Source: Alistipes sp. (GTDB lineage Bacteria; Bacteroidota; Bacteroidia; Bacteroidales; Rikenellaceae). Taken from it: DNA of 64,000 nt. The stretch is taken from the NCBI GenBank assembly GCA_045605245.1, contig JAZUPN010000025.1, forward strand, positions 12,734-76,733, read 5' to 3'. Below are positions 38,121-49,197 of this stretch, piece after piece; position 1 is the first letter of the stretch; each line of letters begins with the position of its first letter. A program made the position numbers and the translations under genes. A model generated the notes under the pieces. That model saw only the letters and a list, made by a program, of their open reading frames with translations, did not search any database and was not told the origin of the DNA.

Positions 38121-39530
38121 TTACTTTGCCAAAACAAGTTTCTCTATCTCTTCAACCTGATGGCGGAATGCCTTGTCGGTCTCCATTAAGTTGGCGACAG
38201 CCTTGCACGAGTGCAAAACGGTGGCGTGGTTACGGCCGCCGATAGCTGCGCCGATCTGTGTCAGCGGAGCCTTGGTGTGCTGCTTGCTTAAATACATCGC
38301 AATCTGGCGAGCCTGCGCAATTTCGCGTGTACGCTCGGTCGAGTTAAATCGCTCTACATCCAAATTGAGATATTGGCATACCACCTGCTGAATGTGCTCG
38401 ATGGTTATCTCCTTCTGGTAGAGCTTGATATAGGCCTTCAAAATATCCTTCGCAAGTGAGATCGAGATCTTCTTGCCGAGGAACGATGCGTGCGCCACGA
38501 GCGACGAGAGTGCGCCTTCGATTTCGCGTACATTTGCGCTGATGTTCTCTGCCAGATAATTTACAACCTCATCCGAGAGTTGTGCATTCATCTTTGAAGC
38601 CTTGCTGCGAATAATCTTCACTTTGGTCTCGTGGTCGGGCGAATTAAGCTGCGCCGACAATCCCCACTTGAATCGGGTGAGCAATCGAGCCTCGATATCC
38701 TTCAACTCTACGGGCGGCTTATCCGAAGTGAAGATAAGCTGCTTGCCTGACAGGTGCAGGTGGTTAAAAATGTTGAAGAATACGGTCTGCGTTCCCGCTT
38801 TGCCTGCCAACTCCTGAATATCGTCGATAATCAACGCATCAACCATCTGATAGAAATGGATGAAATCGGGCACCTCTCCGTTGCGTACAGCAGTCTGGTA
38901 CTGCGCCATAAATTTATTCATCGACACATAGAGCACCTGCATCTGCGGATGACGCTGGCGAATTTCGTGGCCGATAGCCTGCACGATGTGGGTCTTTCCG
39001 AGGCCCGAATCTCCATATATATATAATGGATTGAACGGAGTATTCCCCGGATTGACAGCTACGGCCATACCTGCCGAGCGAGCCAAACGGTTACATTCGC
39101 CCTCGATAAACGATCCAAAAGTGTAGTTCGAATTGAGCTGCGGGTCGATAATAATCTTTTTGAGGCCGGGAATTACAAACGGATTCTTTATATTTGCAGT
39201 GTCGGTTTGAGTCTTAAACTGCGAAATAGCGGTCGTATCACTGTTTTTAGGCAGTGGTATGCTCTGCTCCGATTTGGGTATCGCGTACCTCACGCGGGTT
39301 TGTTGACCGAAAAGTGAAGCGATGATCGGCTTGATGAACGGAATATAGTTGTGTTCGATCTGGCTGATGTAGCTTTCGTTCGGGACACGCAGGCTGAGCG
39401 TCTGACCGTCGAAGTTGAGCAACGCGATGGGTTCGATCCAACGCGCAAACTCCTCCTCGGAGGTCTGCTTGCGAATTTGCGACAGGCAGTTTTGCCATAT
39501 ATCGCTATATGCCTGAGTGTTTGTGAGCAT
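38121..39530 (-). CDS. dnaA: Chromosomal replication initiator DnaA
   Basis: 469 aa with AAA+ Walker A GDSGLGKTH, IIDDIQ, and the C-terminal DNA-binding domain (...IAMYLSKQHT...IG...GGRNHATVLH). Confidence 0.95.
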   Translation of the reverse strand: MLTNTQAYSDIWQNCLSQIRKQTSEEEFARWIEPIALLNFDGQTLSLRVPNESYISQIEHNYIPFIKPIIASLFGQQTRVRYAIPKSEQSIPLPKNSDTTAISQFKTQTDTANIKNPFVIPGLKKIIIDPQLNSNYTFGSFIEGECNRLARSAGMAVAVNPGNTPFNPLYIYGDSGLGKTHIVQAIGHEIRQRHPQMQVLYVSMNKFMAQYQTAVRNGEVPDFIHFYQMVDALIIDDIQELAGKAGTQTVFFNIFNHLHLSGKQLIFTSDKPPVELKDIEARLLTRFKWGLSAQLNSPDHETKVKIIRSKASKMNAQLSDEVVNYLAENISANVREIEGALSSLVAHASFLGKKISISLAKDILKAYIKLYQKEITIEHIQQVVCQYLNLDVERFNSTERTREIAQARQIAMYLSKQHTKAPLTQIGAAIGGRNHATVLHSCKAVANLMETDKAFRHQVEEIEKLVLAK

Positions 39531-39769
39531 TTTTCGTTGAAAAAGGGTTATTTGTTTCTTTTGACATCACAAAGATTGTAATAAAATTGTGCAAAAAAAA
39601 CAGGTCGATTAGTTGTATTTTAATTTTTTTATCTTATGGCAAAATCCTGCAAAATTTTATCGATATATTTAACGTGCTGATTGTGAATTATTGATAAATT
39701 TTTACTATCTTTGTGTATAATTTTTTTTGGCTCGATAAACCGTAAACTATAAATAAAACTAATCACATT

Positions 39770-41509
39770 ATGAACAACAATCTGGAACAGCTCGTAATGA
39801 GCAAAGCGCAGAAGTGGCTCGAAGGTAACTACGATGAGGCTACCAAAGAGCAGGTTAAGTATCTGATTGACAACGACAAGAAGGAACTTACAGAGTGCTT
39901 CTACAAAGATCTTGAATTTGGCACCGGTGGTTTGCGCGGTATTATGGGTGTAGGCTCGAACCGAATGAACGAATACACCGTCGGTATGGCTACTCAGGGC
40001 CTCTCGAACTATTTGAAAGAGTGCTTTGCAGGTCAAGAGGTTAAGGTTGCCGTAGCACACGATTCGCGTAACAACTCGCGCTTCTTTGCAGAGCGCGTTG
40101 CCGACATTTTCGCATCGAATGGTTTTAAGGTATATCTGTTTGACGAACTCCGCCCCACGCCTGAGTTGAGTTTTGCAATTCGTGAGCTTGGTTGCCAGAG
40201 CGGTGTTGTTGTAACAGCGTCGCACAACCCCAAAGAGTATAATGGTTATAAGGCTTATTGGGCAGATGGCGCACAGGTAACTCCTCCGCACGATAAGAAT
40301 ATCATTGCAGAGGTTGAGAAGATCACCTCGATCGACCAGATCGAGCTGGGCAAGAATCCTGAAAATATTACCATTTTGGGTAAGGAGTTCGACGATATCT
40401 ATCTGGCACGTATCAAGGGCCTGTCGATGGCTCCGGAGGCTGTTGCCAAGAACCACGATATGAAGATCGTCTATTCGCCTATGCACGGTGCAGGTGTGAA
40501 GTTGGTTCCCGCATCGTTGCGTAATTTCGGCTTTACCAATATTATTATGGTCGAGGAGCAGAGCATTGTCGATGGTAACTTCCCCACTGTCGCATCACCC
40601 AACCCTGAGGAGCGTGCTACGATGAGTATGGCTATCGAGTTGGCTCGTAAGGAGGGCGCGGAGTTGGTTATCGCAACCGACCCCGACGCTGACCGTATCG
40701 CAATCGCCGTTTTGGACGATAAGGGCGAGTATGTGCTCTTGAACGGTAACCAGACTATGGTTCTGTTGTTGAGCTATATGCTGACTCGCTGGGGCGAGCT
40801 GGGTAAGCTCGACGGCAAGCAGTTCGTTATCAAGACTATCGTAACTTCGGAGATGGTTAAGGCGGTGGCTGACGCATACGGCGTGAAGTGCTACGACTGC
40901 TTGACCGGCTTTAAGTATATCGCAAAGATTATCCGCGAGAATGAGGGCAAGACTACCTATATCGGTGGCGGTGAGGAGAGCTTCGGCTTCCTCGCAGGCG
41001 ACTTTGTTCGCGATAAGGACGCTGTGAGCGCGTGCGCATTGGCTGCCGAGGCTATGGCTTGGGCAAAGGAGAAGGGTCTGACTCTGCACGAGTGGTTGAA
41101 GGAGCTCTATGTGAAGTATGGTTTCTACCGCGAGGGTCTGGTATCGGTTGTTCGCAAGGGTAAGGAAGGTGCCGAGGAGATTCAGAAGATGATGGTCGAT
41201 ATGCGCACCAATCCTCCCAAGACTATTTTGGGCTCGCCCGTAGTGAAGATCAACGATTTCTTGTCGTTGGAGGAGACCAACGTTGCGACAGGCGTTAAGA
41301 CTCCGATTGAGCAGGATAAGAGCAACGTATTGCAGTTCTTTACCGAGGACGGTACGAAGGTATCGGTTCGCCCGTCGGGTACCGAGCCCAAGATTAAGTT
41401 CTACTTTGGTGTTTGCGCACCTCTGTGCTGCACCGAGCGTTTCGACGAGGTTCAGGCAGAGCTTGATGCCAAGATCGAGGCAATTAAGAAGGAGTTGAAT
41501 CTGATCTAA
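39770..41509 (+). CDS. Phospho-sugar mutase (phosphoglucomutase/phosphomannomutase family)
   Basis: 579 aa with the active-site loop TASHNPKEYNGYK, the metal loop DPDADR and the sugar loop GGEESFG. Confidence 0.88.
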   Translation: MNNNLEQLVMSKAQKWLEGNYDEATKEQVKYLIDNDKKELTECFYKDLEFGTGGLRGIMGVGSNRMNEYTVGMATQGLSNYLKECFAGQEVKVAVAHDSRNNSRFFAERVADIFASNGFKVYLFDELRPTPELSFAIRELGCQSGVVVTASHNPKEYNGYKAYWADGAQVTPPHDKNIIAEVEKITSIDQIELGKNPENITILGKEFDDIYLARIKGLSMAPEAVAKNHDMKIVYSPMHGAGVKLVPASLRNFGFTNIIMVEEQSIVDGNFPTVASPNPEERATMSMAIELARKEGAELVIATDPDADRIAIAVLDDKGEYVLLNGNQTMVLLLSYMLTRWGELGKLDGKQFVIKTIVTSEMVKAVADAYGVKCYDCLTGFKYIAKIIRENEGKTTYIGGGEESFGFLAGDFVRDKDAVSACALAAEAMAWAKEKGLTLHEWLKELYVKYGFYREGLVSVVRKGKEGAEEIQKMMVDMRTNPPKTILGSPVVKINDFLSLEETNVATGVKTPIEQDKSNVLQFFTEDGTKVSVRPSGTEPKIKFYFGVCAPLCCTERFDEVQAELDAKIEAIKKELNLI

Positions 41510-41530
41510 TCGGGACTACCCCATTAAACG

Positions 41531-41571
41531 AAAATATCCGCTACCTCGCGCGAGGTAGCGGATATTTTTTT
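41531..41571. terminator. Bidirectional rho-independent terminator
   Basis: AAAATATCCGCTACCTCG-CG-CGAGGTAGCGGATATTTTTT. Confidence 0.7.
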
Positions 41572-41590
41572 GCGCTTTCGTAAGCGATCC

Positions 41591-43060
41591 TTACTTGATG
41601 GTAACGCTTACGGCCTCGCTCTCGTTGTGGCAGCGGTCCATAGCTGTTACAACATAAGTACCCTCTGCATTGGCGGGCAGAGCGAACTCGGTCGAACGAG
41701 TAGTCTTAACGATGTGGTTACCAGCATCAACATTCACCTTCTCGCCCTTTGCGAAGTGATATACAACAAAGTAGATCTGCTCCTGCATAGGATCTTTGGT
41801 TGCTGCGCGCTTCCAAGTGAGCTTGCCGTTGTTCATCTTCAAACTCTTAACCTTTGCGGGTGCAACAGCGTCGATAAAGTCGTATGCGGGGATAACAGCG
41901 GGACGTGAGTGCTCAACATTGATCAGCTGATCACCTGCGCCGTTGTAGTTGCTTACGATAGGATAAGCGGGCCACATACAGGTACCGTGAACATTGTCCA
42001 GATAGCGGCTCATCTCAATCATACGGGTAAACTGATTGGTGCCTTCGCACAGGTCGGGAGCCTTGATAGCCGAATTTACGCTCAAACCATAGTACATATG
42101 GCGGCCGAAAGTGTTCTCATTCCACCAGCGAGCCAAGATGTCGTAGCTTGCAGTCTTGTGGTCGAGACGCAGATAGAGCTGCGGCAACATATAATCAACC
42201 CAACCCTTCTCGGTCCAGAGGATTACGTCAGAGAACAGACCGCTATAATTCTCAAAAGCGTTGGTGCGGCTACCACGAGGATCGTTCTTCTGGTTGCGCC
42301 ATACGCAGAAGGGGCTGATACCCAAACGTACCCAAGGTTTGGTCGCACGCATATCGTAGTGCAACTGCTCGATCAACAGATCTACATTGTGGCGACGCCA
42401 GTCGTCCAACTTCATACCGTTGCCATACTTCGCATAGCTCTTCTCGTCGGGAAACTCCTCGTCCTTAACGGGATAGGGATAGAAGTAGTCATCCATATGG
42501 ATTGCATCAACATCGTAACGGGTTACGATATCGCGAACTACTGCGGTGATGAAGTCGCGGCATTCGGGCAGACCCGGATCGAAGAGAATCTGCTGGCCAT
42601 AGCGAACAAACCATTCGGGATGTTTGTAATAGATGTGATTTTCGGGCAGCTCATCGGTCTTAACCGTCGTAACGCGATAGGGATTGATCCAAGCGTGCAG
42701 CTCGATGTTGCGCTTGTGGCACTCGTCAATCATAAACTGCAAGGGGTCCCACATCGGGTCGGGTGCCTGACCTGCGGTACCGGTCAAATAGCGGCTCCAA
42801 GGCTCCAACTCCGAAGGATATAGAGCGTCAGCCGAAGGGCGAATCTGCCACAAAATAGCATTGATACCTGCCATTTCGAGCGAATCAACCATATTAACCA
42901 GATAAGCCTGTGTCTGCTCCGAAGTCATTGCAGCATACTGCTTCTGATGTACGGTGTGAATCCACGCACCGCGGAACTCACGTTTGGGATGCTGCTGTGC
43001 CTCTGCCTGTGCAACAAAAGCAATTGCAACAACTGCCAAAAGTAACGATTTGAGTTTCAT
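41591..43060 (-). CDS. Glycoside-hydrolase-like family 10 (GHL10/DUF187, YngK-like) secreted protein
   Basis: 489 aa with a signal peptide, a TIM-barrel-like N-terminal 400 aa (REFRGAWIHTV..., HAWINPYR, DDYFYP) and a C-terminal Ig-like domain. Confidence 0.68.
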   Translation of the reverse strand: MKLKSLLLAVVAIAFVAQAEAQQHPKREFRGAWIHTVHQKQYAAMTSEQTQAYLVNMVDSLEMAGINAILWQIRPSADALYPSELEPWSRYLTGTAGQAPDPMWDPLQFMIDECHKRNIELHAWINPYRVTTVKTDELPENHIYYKHPEWFVRYGQQILFDPGLPECRDFITAVVRDIVTRYDVDAIHMDDYFYPYPVKDEEFPDEKSYAKYGNGMKLDDWRRHNVDLLIEQLHYDMRATKPWVRLGISPFCVWRNQKNDPRGSRTNAFENYSGLFSDVILWTEKGWVDYMLPQLYLRLDHKTASYDILARWWNENTFGRHMYYGLSVNSAIKAPDLCEGTNQFTRMIEMSRYLDNVHGTCMWPAYPIVSNYNGAGDQLINVEHSRPAVIPAYDFIDAVAPAKVKSLKMNNGKLTWKRAATKDPMQEQIYFVVYHFAKGEKVNVDAGNHIVKTTRSTEFALPANAEGTYVVTAMDRCHNESEAVSVTIK

Positions 43061-43109
43061 AGTGTTGTTGTTTTAATTGGTTAGAGATTTTTGTTTATTT
43101 GTTTAGTCT

Positions 43110-43757
43110 TTATTTTACTCTTATCATATTAATTCCGTCGCGCAAGGGCAGGATAAAACTCTCGACGCGATCGTCCTCGCGCACCATACGGTTAAATTCC
43201 AAAATACCCTGTGTCTGGCGATCGTTATGAGCAACCTCCTCGACAACCTTGCCGTACCATAATATATTATCCGCAAGTAGTATAGAGCCACTATGAACAA
43301 GCGGTACTCCCCCATCATCACCCATCAACATTCGGTAGTATGCGGGATATTCGCGCTTGTCGCCATCGATAAAGACCAGATCGAACTTCTTACCGAGTGT
43401 AGGCGCAATATCGAGAGCCGAGCCGATGTGCAGATGAATCTTATCGCCATATTCGGCACGATCGAAAAAATCCTGCGCCATTGGTTCCAATTCGTCATCC
43501 ACCTCGAACGTATCGAGTGTCGCGCCCTCTTCCAATCCTGCCGCCATACTCAATGCCGAGTAGCCGGTAAAGGTGCCTATTTCGAGAATTGTGCGTGGGC
43601 GTAACATCTGCACAATCATACGTAGCAGTCGCCCTTGAATATGCCCCGATATCATTCTTGGATGCATAATTCGTAGGTTGGTCTGCCTATCGAGCTCGTG
43701 CAACAGAGCCTCTTCGGGTGATGAAAGGTCGTGTATATATCTCTCTAATGGGTCCAT
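43110..43757 (-). CDS. SAM-dependent O-methyltransferase (caffeoyl-CoA OMT/YrrM family)
   Basis: 215 aa with ILEIGTFTGYS and FDLVFIDGDK. Confidence 0.8.
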   Translation of the reverse strand: MDPLERYIHDLSSPEEALLHELDRQTNLRIMHPRMISGHIQGRLLRMIVQMLRPRTILEIGTFTGYSALSMAAGLEEGATLDTFEVDDELEPMAQDFFDRAEYGDKIHLHIGSALDIAPTLGKKFDLVFIDGDKREYPAYYRMLMGDDGGVPLVHSGSILLADNILWYGKVVEEVAHNDRQTQGILEFNRMVREDDRVESFILPLRDGINMIRVK

Positions 43758-43771
43758 AGTCTATCCCTACC

Positions 43772-44989
43772 TTATTTATATATAAGTGTCGAAGTCTGAC
43801 CGAATATCTCGTTGGTAATATCGGCAATCTGTTCGCGGGTAATGGCCTCGACGCGCGCATATACCTTCTCGATCGGTTCAACTTCGTTGTAAATCAAATA
43901 ACTCTTGCCCGTGCCGAGCATATATGCCTCACGACTCTCCATTGCGATCGCAACCTGCCCCATATATTGCTTTTTGGCAATGGCTAACTGACGTGCCGAA
44001 AGCGAATTCTTGCATAGCTCTTCAATCTGCTCGGCCACAAGCTCGCGACAACGGTCTATCTTGTCGCGGTCCGAACTGAAATAGATGCTTGCCGCGCCTG
44101 TGTCGGTATATGGAGTGTAGTTTGCCTCGATGTTGTAAGTCAATCCATTTCGCTCTCGCACAGCGATATTCAGTAGTGAGTTGGCGCAAGGGCCGCCTAA
44201 TGTATTGATTAATAGTGCCAGCGGTAATCTCCTTTCGTCATTGAGTGAATATGCGCGACCGCCAATAATGCAATGCGCCTGATGAAGATGCTTGCTGATG
44301 CTCTTCTCGAATCGGTCAATCGGTGCCGGTTCAATACGCTTAAAGCTACGCGCCGAGGCGGGTGCCGTTGCAAAATATCGTTCTGCAATTTCACGAATAC
44401 GTCGCTCCGAGATATTTCCGACCGAGGCAAATACCATCTGATCGGTGGTATGGGTACGATCGACGAAGCGGTGAATACGTTCGGTTGTATAGTGTTTGAG
44501 TGCGGCTTTGCGACCTAAAATGTTGTGTCCGAGTTGCGAACCTTCGAAAATCATATCTTCGAACGTGTCGTAAATCATATCGGCAGGCGAATCTTTGTAC
44601 GAATTGATCTCGTCGGCTACAACCTCCCTTTCGCGTGTAAGCTCTTTTTCGGGAAATGTTGAATGAAATGCAATGTCGGAGATCAATTCGGCAGCCTTTG
44701 CAATGTCGCGTTTGAGTACGGTTGCGTGAATCGTTGTCTCCTCTTTGGTTGTGTATGCGTTCAGTTCCCCGCCGAGATTCTCCAATCGGCAATTGATATG
44801 ATATGCGCGGCGGTGCTCCGTGCCTTTGAAAAGAGCATGCTCTGTAAAGTGCGCCAATCCGAACTCATCGGCGAGCTCGTCGCGTGTTCCTGCATTGATA
44901 ATCAACGCACAATAGGCCACGTCGGAGCGCACTGCACGATGAATGCCGCGAATTCCGTTCGAGAGTTGATATGTATAAAGTTTCTCCAT
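43772..44989 (-). CDS. M16-family zinc peptidase (pitrilysin/insulinase-like)
   Basis: Inverted zincin motif HFTEH (GLAHFTEHALFKG). I preferred the ATG at 44987-44989 (MEKLYTYQL...), which overlaps the uvrA stop as TAATG. The track ORF extends to 45034. Confidence 0.8.
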   Translation of the reverse strand: MEKLYTYQLSNGIRGIHRAVRSDVAYCALIINAGTRDELADEFGLAHFTEHALFKGTEHRRAYHINCRLENLGGELNAYTTKEETTIHATVLKRDIAKAAELISDIAFHSTFPEKELTREREVVADEINSYKDSPADMIYDTFEDMIFEGSQLGHNILGRKAALKHYTTERIHRFVDRTHTTDQMVFASVGNISERRIREIAERYFATAPASARSFKRIEPAPIDRFEKSISKHLHQAHCIIGGRAYSLNDERRLPLALLINTLGGPCANSLLNIAVRERNGLTYNIEANYTPYTDTGAASIYFSSDRDKIDRCRELVAEQIEELCKNSLSARQLAIAKKQYMGQVAIAMESREAYMLGTGKSYLIYNEVEPIEKVYARVEAITREQIADITNEIFGQTSTLIYK

Positions 44990-47787
44990 TATTCGTGTTT
45001 TGCGAGGAAACGACCTGTATAACTCTGCTCGCATTTTCGCAAATCGTCAGGTGTTCCCTCAAATACAATCTGACCGCCTCTATCACCCGCTTCGGGACCG
45101 AGGTCGATAATCCAGTCGGCGCACTTTATCACATCCATATTATGCTCGACGATTACCACCGAGTGCCCTCGCTGGATCAATGCCCCGAAGGCTGTAAGCA
45201 GTTTATTTATATCGTGAAAATGCAGGCCTGTGGTTGGCTCGTCGAAGATAAACATCACTCGACCTGCGCTATTCTCACGCAACATATACGATGCTAATTT
45301 CACTCGCTGACTCTCGCCCCCCGACAGCGTCGAAGAGGATTGGCCGAGTTTGATATATCCCAAACCAACATCCTGCAATGGTTTCAAACGCTCGACAATA
45401 CGTTGGCAGATGCTCTCTTTGCCCTCACCGAAGAAGGTAATTGCCTCGTCAATAGTCATTTCCAATACGTCGTGAATTGATTTCTCGTGCCAACGCACCT
45501 CTAAAATCTCCTCTTTGAATCGCTTGCCGCCGCACGCCTCGCATTTCAGTTCGATGTCAGCCATAAACTGCATCGAAACCTTAATCACGCCGTCGCCTTG
45601 GCACTCTTCGCAACGCCCGCCCGCGATGTTGAACGAGAAGTGCGAAGGCCCCATTCCGTTGTGTTTTGCATAGGGCTGATCGGCATACAGACGACGAATA
45701 TCGTCATACGCCTTGATATATGTAACGGGATTCGAGCGTGAAGATTTTCCAATCGGATTCTGATCGACCATCTCGACCGATGTCAGCAATCCAAAATCGC
45801 CCTCCAATGTCTCGAAATCACCGGGTTTTAGTCCCGTTTCGGTCAGTTGTCGGCGCAATGCAGGATAGAGAATACCCTTTACGAGCGACGACTTACCACT
45901 GCCACTAACGCCTGTGATGCAGGTTATTACGCCGAGTGGAATGCTCACATCGATACCTTTCAGATTGTTCTCTCTGGCTCCTCGAATCGTTATTTTTCCG
46001 GCAGGGCTACGGAACGATTGCGGGATTGCTATCGCTCGACGACCCGTAAGATAGTCTGCCGTTAGACTCTCGCTTTGCTCTGTGAGCAATTTCTCGAAAG
46101 GACCATTGAAGACTACCCTTCCGCCCAATTCACCAGCCTTCGGGCCTATATCGACGATGTAATCTGCGGCACGAATAATCTCCTCTTCGTGTTCTACAAC
46201 GATTACCGTATTGCCCAAGTCGCGCAGTTGCTTTAACACTCCAATCAAACGATGGGTGTCGCGCGGATGCAGGCCGATACTCGGCTCGTCTAAAATATAG
46301 AGCGACCCGACCAGCGAACTGCCGAGCGACGTGGAGAGGTTGATGCGCTGACTTTCACCGCCCGAAAGTGTCGAAGAGAGACGATCGAGAGTCAAGTACC
46401 CCAGACCGACATCGGTCAGGTATTGCAGTCGGTTACGAATCTCGACCATAATGCGCTCCGAGGTGGCCTTGTCGTACTCGTCGAGCTCGATCGTGGCGAA
46501 GAAATCGACTAACTCATCGACGCTCATTGTAACCAAATCGGCGATTGCTTTTCCTCCGACACGCACGTAAAGAGCCTCCTTGCGCAGGCGACTACCTCCA
46601 CACTCCGAGCAGAGAGTTTTGCCCGTATATCGAGCCTTCATTACTCGGAATTGTATCTTATATCGCTCGCTGTCAATGTATTGGAAGAATTCGTCAAGTC
46701 CGTGAAAATATTCGTTTCCGCGCCATATCAACTGCTTTTGCTCGCGCGTAAGGTCGTGATAAGGCGTGTGAACGGGGAAATCGAACTTATAGGCATTATT
46801 TACCAGCTGATCGCGCCACCACTTCATCGTTTGCCCTTTCCAGCAAGCGATCGCATCCTCAAAAATCGAACGACTCTTGTCGGGTACAACCAAATCCTCG
46901 TCAATGCCGACCACCTTGCCGTAGCCTTCGCAACGGGGACACGCACCAATCGGATTGTTGAAACTGAAAAGGTGCTCGGTCGGCTCCTCAAATCTCATTC
47001 CGTCAAGTTCGAAACGTGAGGAGTATTCAATCACTTCGTTCTGCTCGTCGCCGAGTACGATGATGCGACACACGCCGCCACCCAATTCGTAGGCGCGCGC
47101 AACGGCATCGCGCAAGCGGCTACCCAACTCTTCGTCGTCGGTTAATCGGGCGCGATCCACCACTACCGAGATCCCTTCGGGTGATTCGTTGCTTGAAATA
47201 TCCTTTATAACATCCTCAATCAAAGACGTTTGCCCATTGCGGTAGATTCGCAGAATACCCTCGCCGAACAATACGGTCAACTGTTCGATAACGCTTTGTC
47301 CTTCGGTCAAAACCAACGGCGCAGCGACCATCACGCGACTACCCGACCAACACTTAACAGCCTCCGAAATTACCTGTTCGGGCTGATAGCTAACCACTTC
47401 GCGTCCCGAAATTGGCGAGAAGGTGTGTCCTACGCGGGCAAAAAGTAGTTTCAGATAGTCGTAAATTTCGGTTGTGGTGCCGACGGTCGAACGTGGATTT
47501 TTGGTCGAAACCTTTTGCTCAATGGCGATCGCGGGTGCAATACCAGAGATCATATCGACATCGGGTTTCTCGATACGACCGAGGAACTGACGCGCATAAG
47601 CCGACAGACTTTCGACATAACGACGCTGACCCTCGGCAAAAATTGTGTCGAAGGCCAAAGTGGATTTGCCCGATCCCGAAAGGCCGGTTACCACCACAAG
47701 TTTGTTATGCGGAATCGTGAGCGAGATATTTTTTAGGTTATGTACCCTCGCCCCTTGAATCCTAATCTGTTGCTTATCGTCAGTCAT
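44989..47787 (-). CDS. uvrA: Excinuclease ABC subunit A
   Basis: 932 aa with two ABC ATPase modules ([18 protein letters not shown]), zinc-finger Cys clusters and LSGGE signatures. Confidence 0.96.
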   Translation of the reverse strand: MTDDKQQIRIQGARVHNLKNISLTIPHNKLVVVTGLSGSGKSTLAFDTIFAEGQRRYVESLSAYARQFLGRIEKPDVDMISGIAPAIAIEQKVSTKNPRSTVGTTTEIYDYLKLLFARVGHTFSPISGREVVSYQPEQVISEAVKCWSGSRVMVAAPLVLTEGQSVIEQLTVLFGEGILRIYRNGQTSLIEDVIKDISSNESPEGISVVVDRARLTDDEELGSRLRDAVARAYELGGGVCRIIVLGDEQNEVIEYSSRFELDGMRFEEPTEHLFSFNNPIGACPRCEGYGKVVGIDEDLVVPDKSRSIFEDAIACWKGQTMKWWRDQLVNNAYKFDFPVHTPYHDLTREQKQLIWRGNEYFHGLDEFFQYIDSERYKIQFRVMKARYTGKTLCSECGGSRLRKEALYVRVGGKAIADLVTMSVDELVDFFATIELDEYDKATSERIMVEIRNRLQYLTDVGLGYLTLDRLSSTLSGGESQRINLSTSLGSSLVGSLYILDEPSIGLHPRDTHRLIGVLKQLRDLGNTVIVVEHEEEIIRAADYIVDIGPKAGELGGRVVFNGPFEKLLTEQSESLTADYLTGRRAIAIPQSFRSPAGKITIRGARENNLKGIDVSIPLGVITCITGVSGSGKSSLVKGILYPALRRQLTETGLKPGDFETLEGDFGLLTSVEMVDQNPIGKSSRSNPVTYIKAYDDIRRLYADQPYAKHNGMGPSHFSFNIAGGRCEECQGDGVIKVSMQFMADIELKCEACGGKRFKEEILEVRWHEKSIHDVLEMTIDEAITFFGEGKESICQRIVERLKPLQDVGLGYIKLGQSSSTLSGGESQRVKLASYMLRENSAGRVMFIFDEPTTGLHFHDINKLLTAFGALIQRGHSVVIVEHNMDVIKCADWIIDLGPEAGDRGGQIVFEGTPDDLRKCEQSYTGRFLAKHE

Positions 47788-47795
47788 TCAAATAA

Positions 47796-48263
47796 TTACT
47801 TTATTAACTCCATCTGCGATTGAAGGGTTACCTTCTCGCAGTAGCGGCAACGCAACGAGATTTTACCGTCGTTATTCAGTACGTCAAATGCGGTGCGAAC
47901 GGGCTCGTTGTTGGTGATGCACTTGGGATTGACGCAACGTACAAAGCCCTCCATACGCTCCGGAACGGTTACCTTGCGCTTCTCGATAACCTCGAAATCC
48001 TTGATCGTATTGACCATCGCCATCGGCGCAAAGAGCGCGATGCGGTTAATCTCCTTATCTTGGCAGTAGCGATCGGCAATCTTGATAATAGCCTTGCTAC
48101 CCATACGCTTGCTTTCGAGATTCATTCCGAAGGTGATGCGCTGCGGAGCGCGATCGAGCTGCATAATGCGGATAATCTTGAAGAGCTGATCCGACGGAAT
48201 GTGGTCGATTACCGTGCCATTTTCGATGGCGCGAACCTCCAAAATCTTATTATCGTGTGTCAT
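47796..48263 (-). CDS. pyrI: Aspartate carbamoyltransferase regulatory subunit
   Basis: 155 aa with a C-terminal Zn domain (CxxxxC...CxxC: CVNPKCITN...CRYCE). Confidence 0.9.
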   Translation of the reverse strand: MTHDNKILEVRAIENGTVIDHIPSDQLFKIIRIMQLDRAPQRITFGMNLESKRMGSKAIIKIADRYCQDKEINRIALFAPMAMVNTIKDFEVIEKRKVTVPERMEGFVRCVNPKCITNNEPVRTAFDVLNNDGKISLRCRYCEKVTLQSQMELIK

Positions 48264-48271
48264 AGTTCTCT

Positions 48272-49183
48272 TTACTTTTTAACGCCTAACAAATAACTGA
48301 TAATTGCCATACGGGTATAAACGCCGTTCTCGGTTTGGTTGAAGTAGTATGCCTTCGGATTCTGATCGACATCGTAAGCGATCTCGCCCACGCGCGGCAG
48401 CGGGTGGAGAATACGCATATTATCTTTGGTACCTTCGAGCATCGAGTTCTTCAAAACATAGACATTTTTCACGCGCTCATACTCCATCGGATCGGTGAAA
48501 CGCTCGCGCTGTACGCGGGTCATATAGACGATGTCGGCCTCGTTGATGGCGTCGCCAATCTCGGTCGTTTCGGTATATTCCAGACCCTTGTCGCGCAGGA
48601 ACTGCTTATACTCCTCCGGCATACGTAGTTCGGGAGGAGCTACGAATGTGAACTTAGTGTCGAAGTGCGAGAGAGCCTGCAATAGCGAATGTACGGTGCG
48701 GCCATACTTCAAATCGCCGACCATCATAATATTGATGCCGTCGAGCGTGCCCTGCGTCTTTTTGATCGAATAGAGGTCGAGCAGTGTCTGAGAGGGGTGC
48801 TGATTTGCACCGTCGCCAGCATTGACGATGGGTACTTTCGAAAATTCGCTGGCATAGCGCGGAGCACCCTCCAACGAGTGGCGCATCACGATCATATCGC
48901 AATAGTTGCTGATTACCTGAATGGTGTCGTGGAATGTTTCGCCCTTCGATACGCTTGTGTTTGTTGTATCGGAGAAACCGATTACACGTGCGCCAAGACG
49001 ATTGATTGCGCTCTCGAAACTGAGTCGGGTTCGGGTCGAAGGCTCGAAAAACAGCGAGGCAATAACGCGACCGTTGAGCAGAGGCTCGTAGGGATGCTCC
49101 TCGAAGTAGGCGGCCAGTTCGGTGATGCGAATGATCTCATCTTTGGTGAGATCGGTGATTGAAATAAGACTCTTCTTCGCCAT
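48272..49183 (-). CDS. pyrB: Aspartate carbamoyltransferase catalytic subunit
   Basis: 303 aa with STRTR and HPLPR motifs. Confidence 0.95.
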   Translation of the reverse strand: MAKKSLISITDLTKDEIIRITELAAYFEEHPYEPLLNGRVIASLFFEPSTRTRLSFESAINRLGARVIGFSDTTNTSVSKGETFHDTIQVISNYCDMIVMRHSLEGAPRYASEFSKVPIVNAGDGANQHPSQTLLDLYSIKKTQGTLDGINIMMVGDLKYGRTVHSLLQALSHFDTKFTFVAPPELRMPEEYKQFLRDKGLEYTETTEIGDAINEADIVYMTRVQRERFTDPMEYERVKNVYVLKNSMLEGTKDNMRILHPLPRVGEIAYDVDQNPKAYYFNQTENGVYTRMAIISYLLGVKK

Positions 49184-49197
49184 AGTTTATGTTTGTT

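Noticed and set aside
44987-44991. One-nucleotide stop/start overlaps: TAATG at uvrA/M16 peptidase, and likewise ddl/DUF3109 at 58641.
   Set aside because: This is ordinary translational coupling within operons. I used it only to refine start-codon choices.
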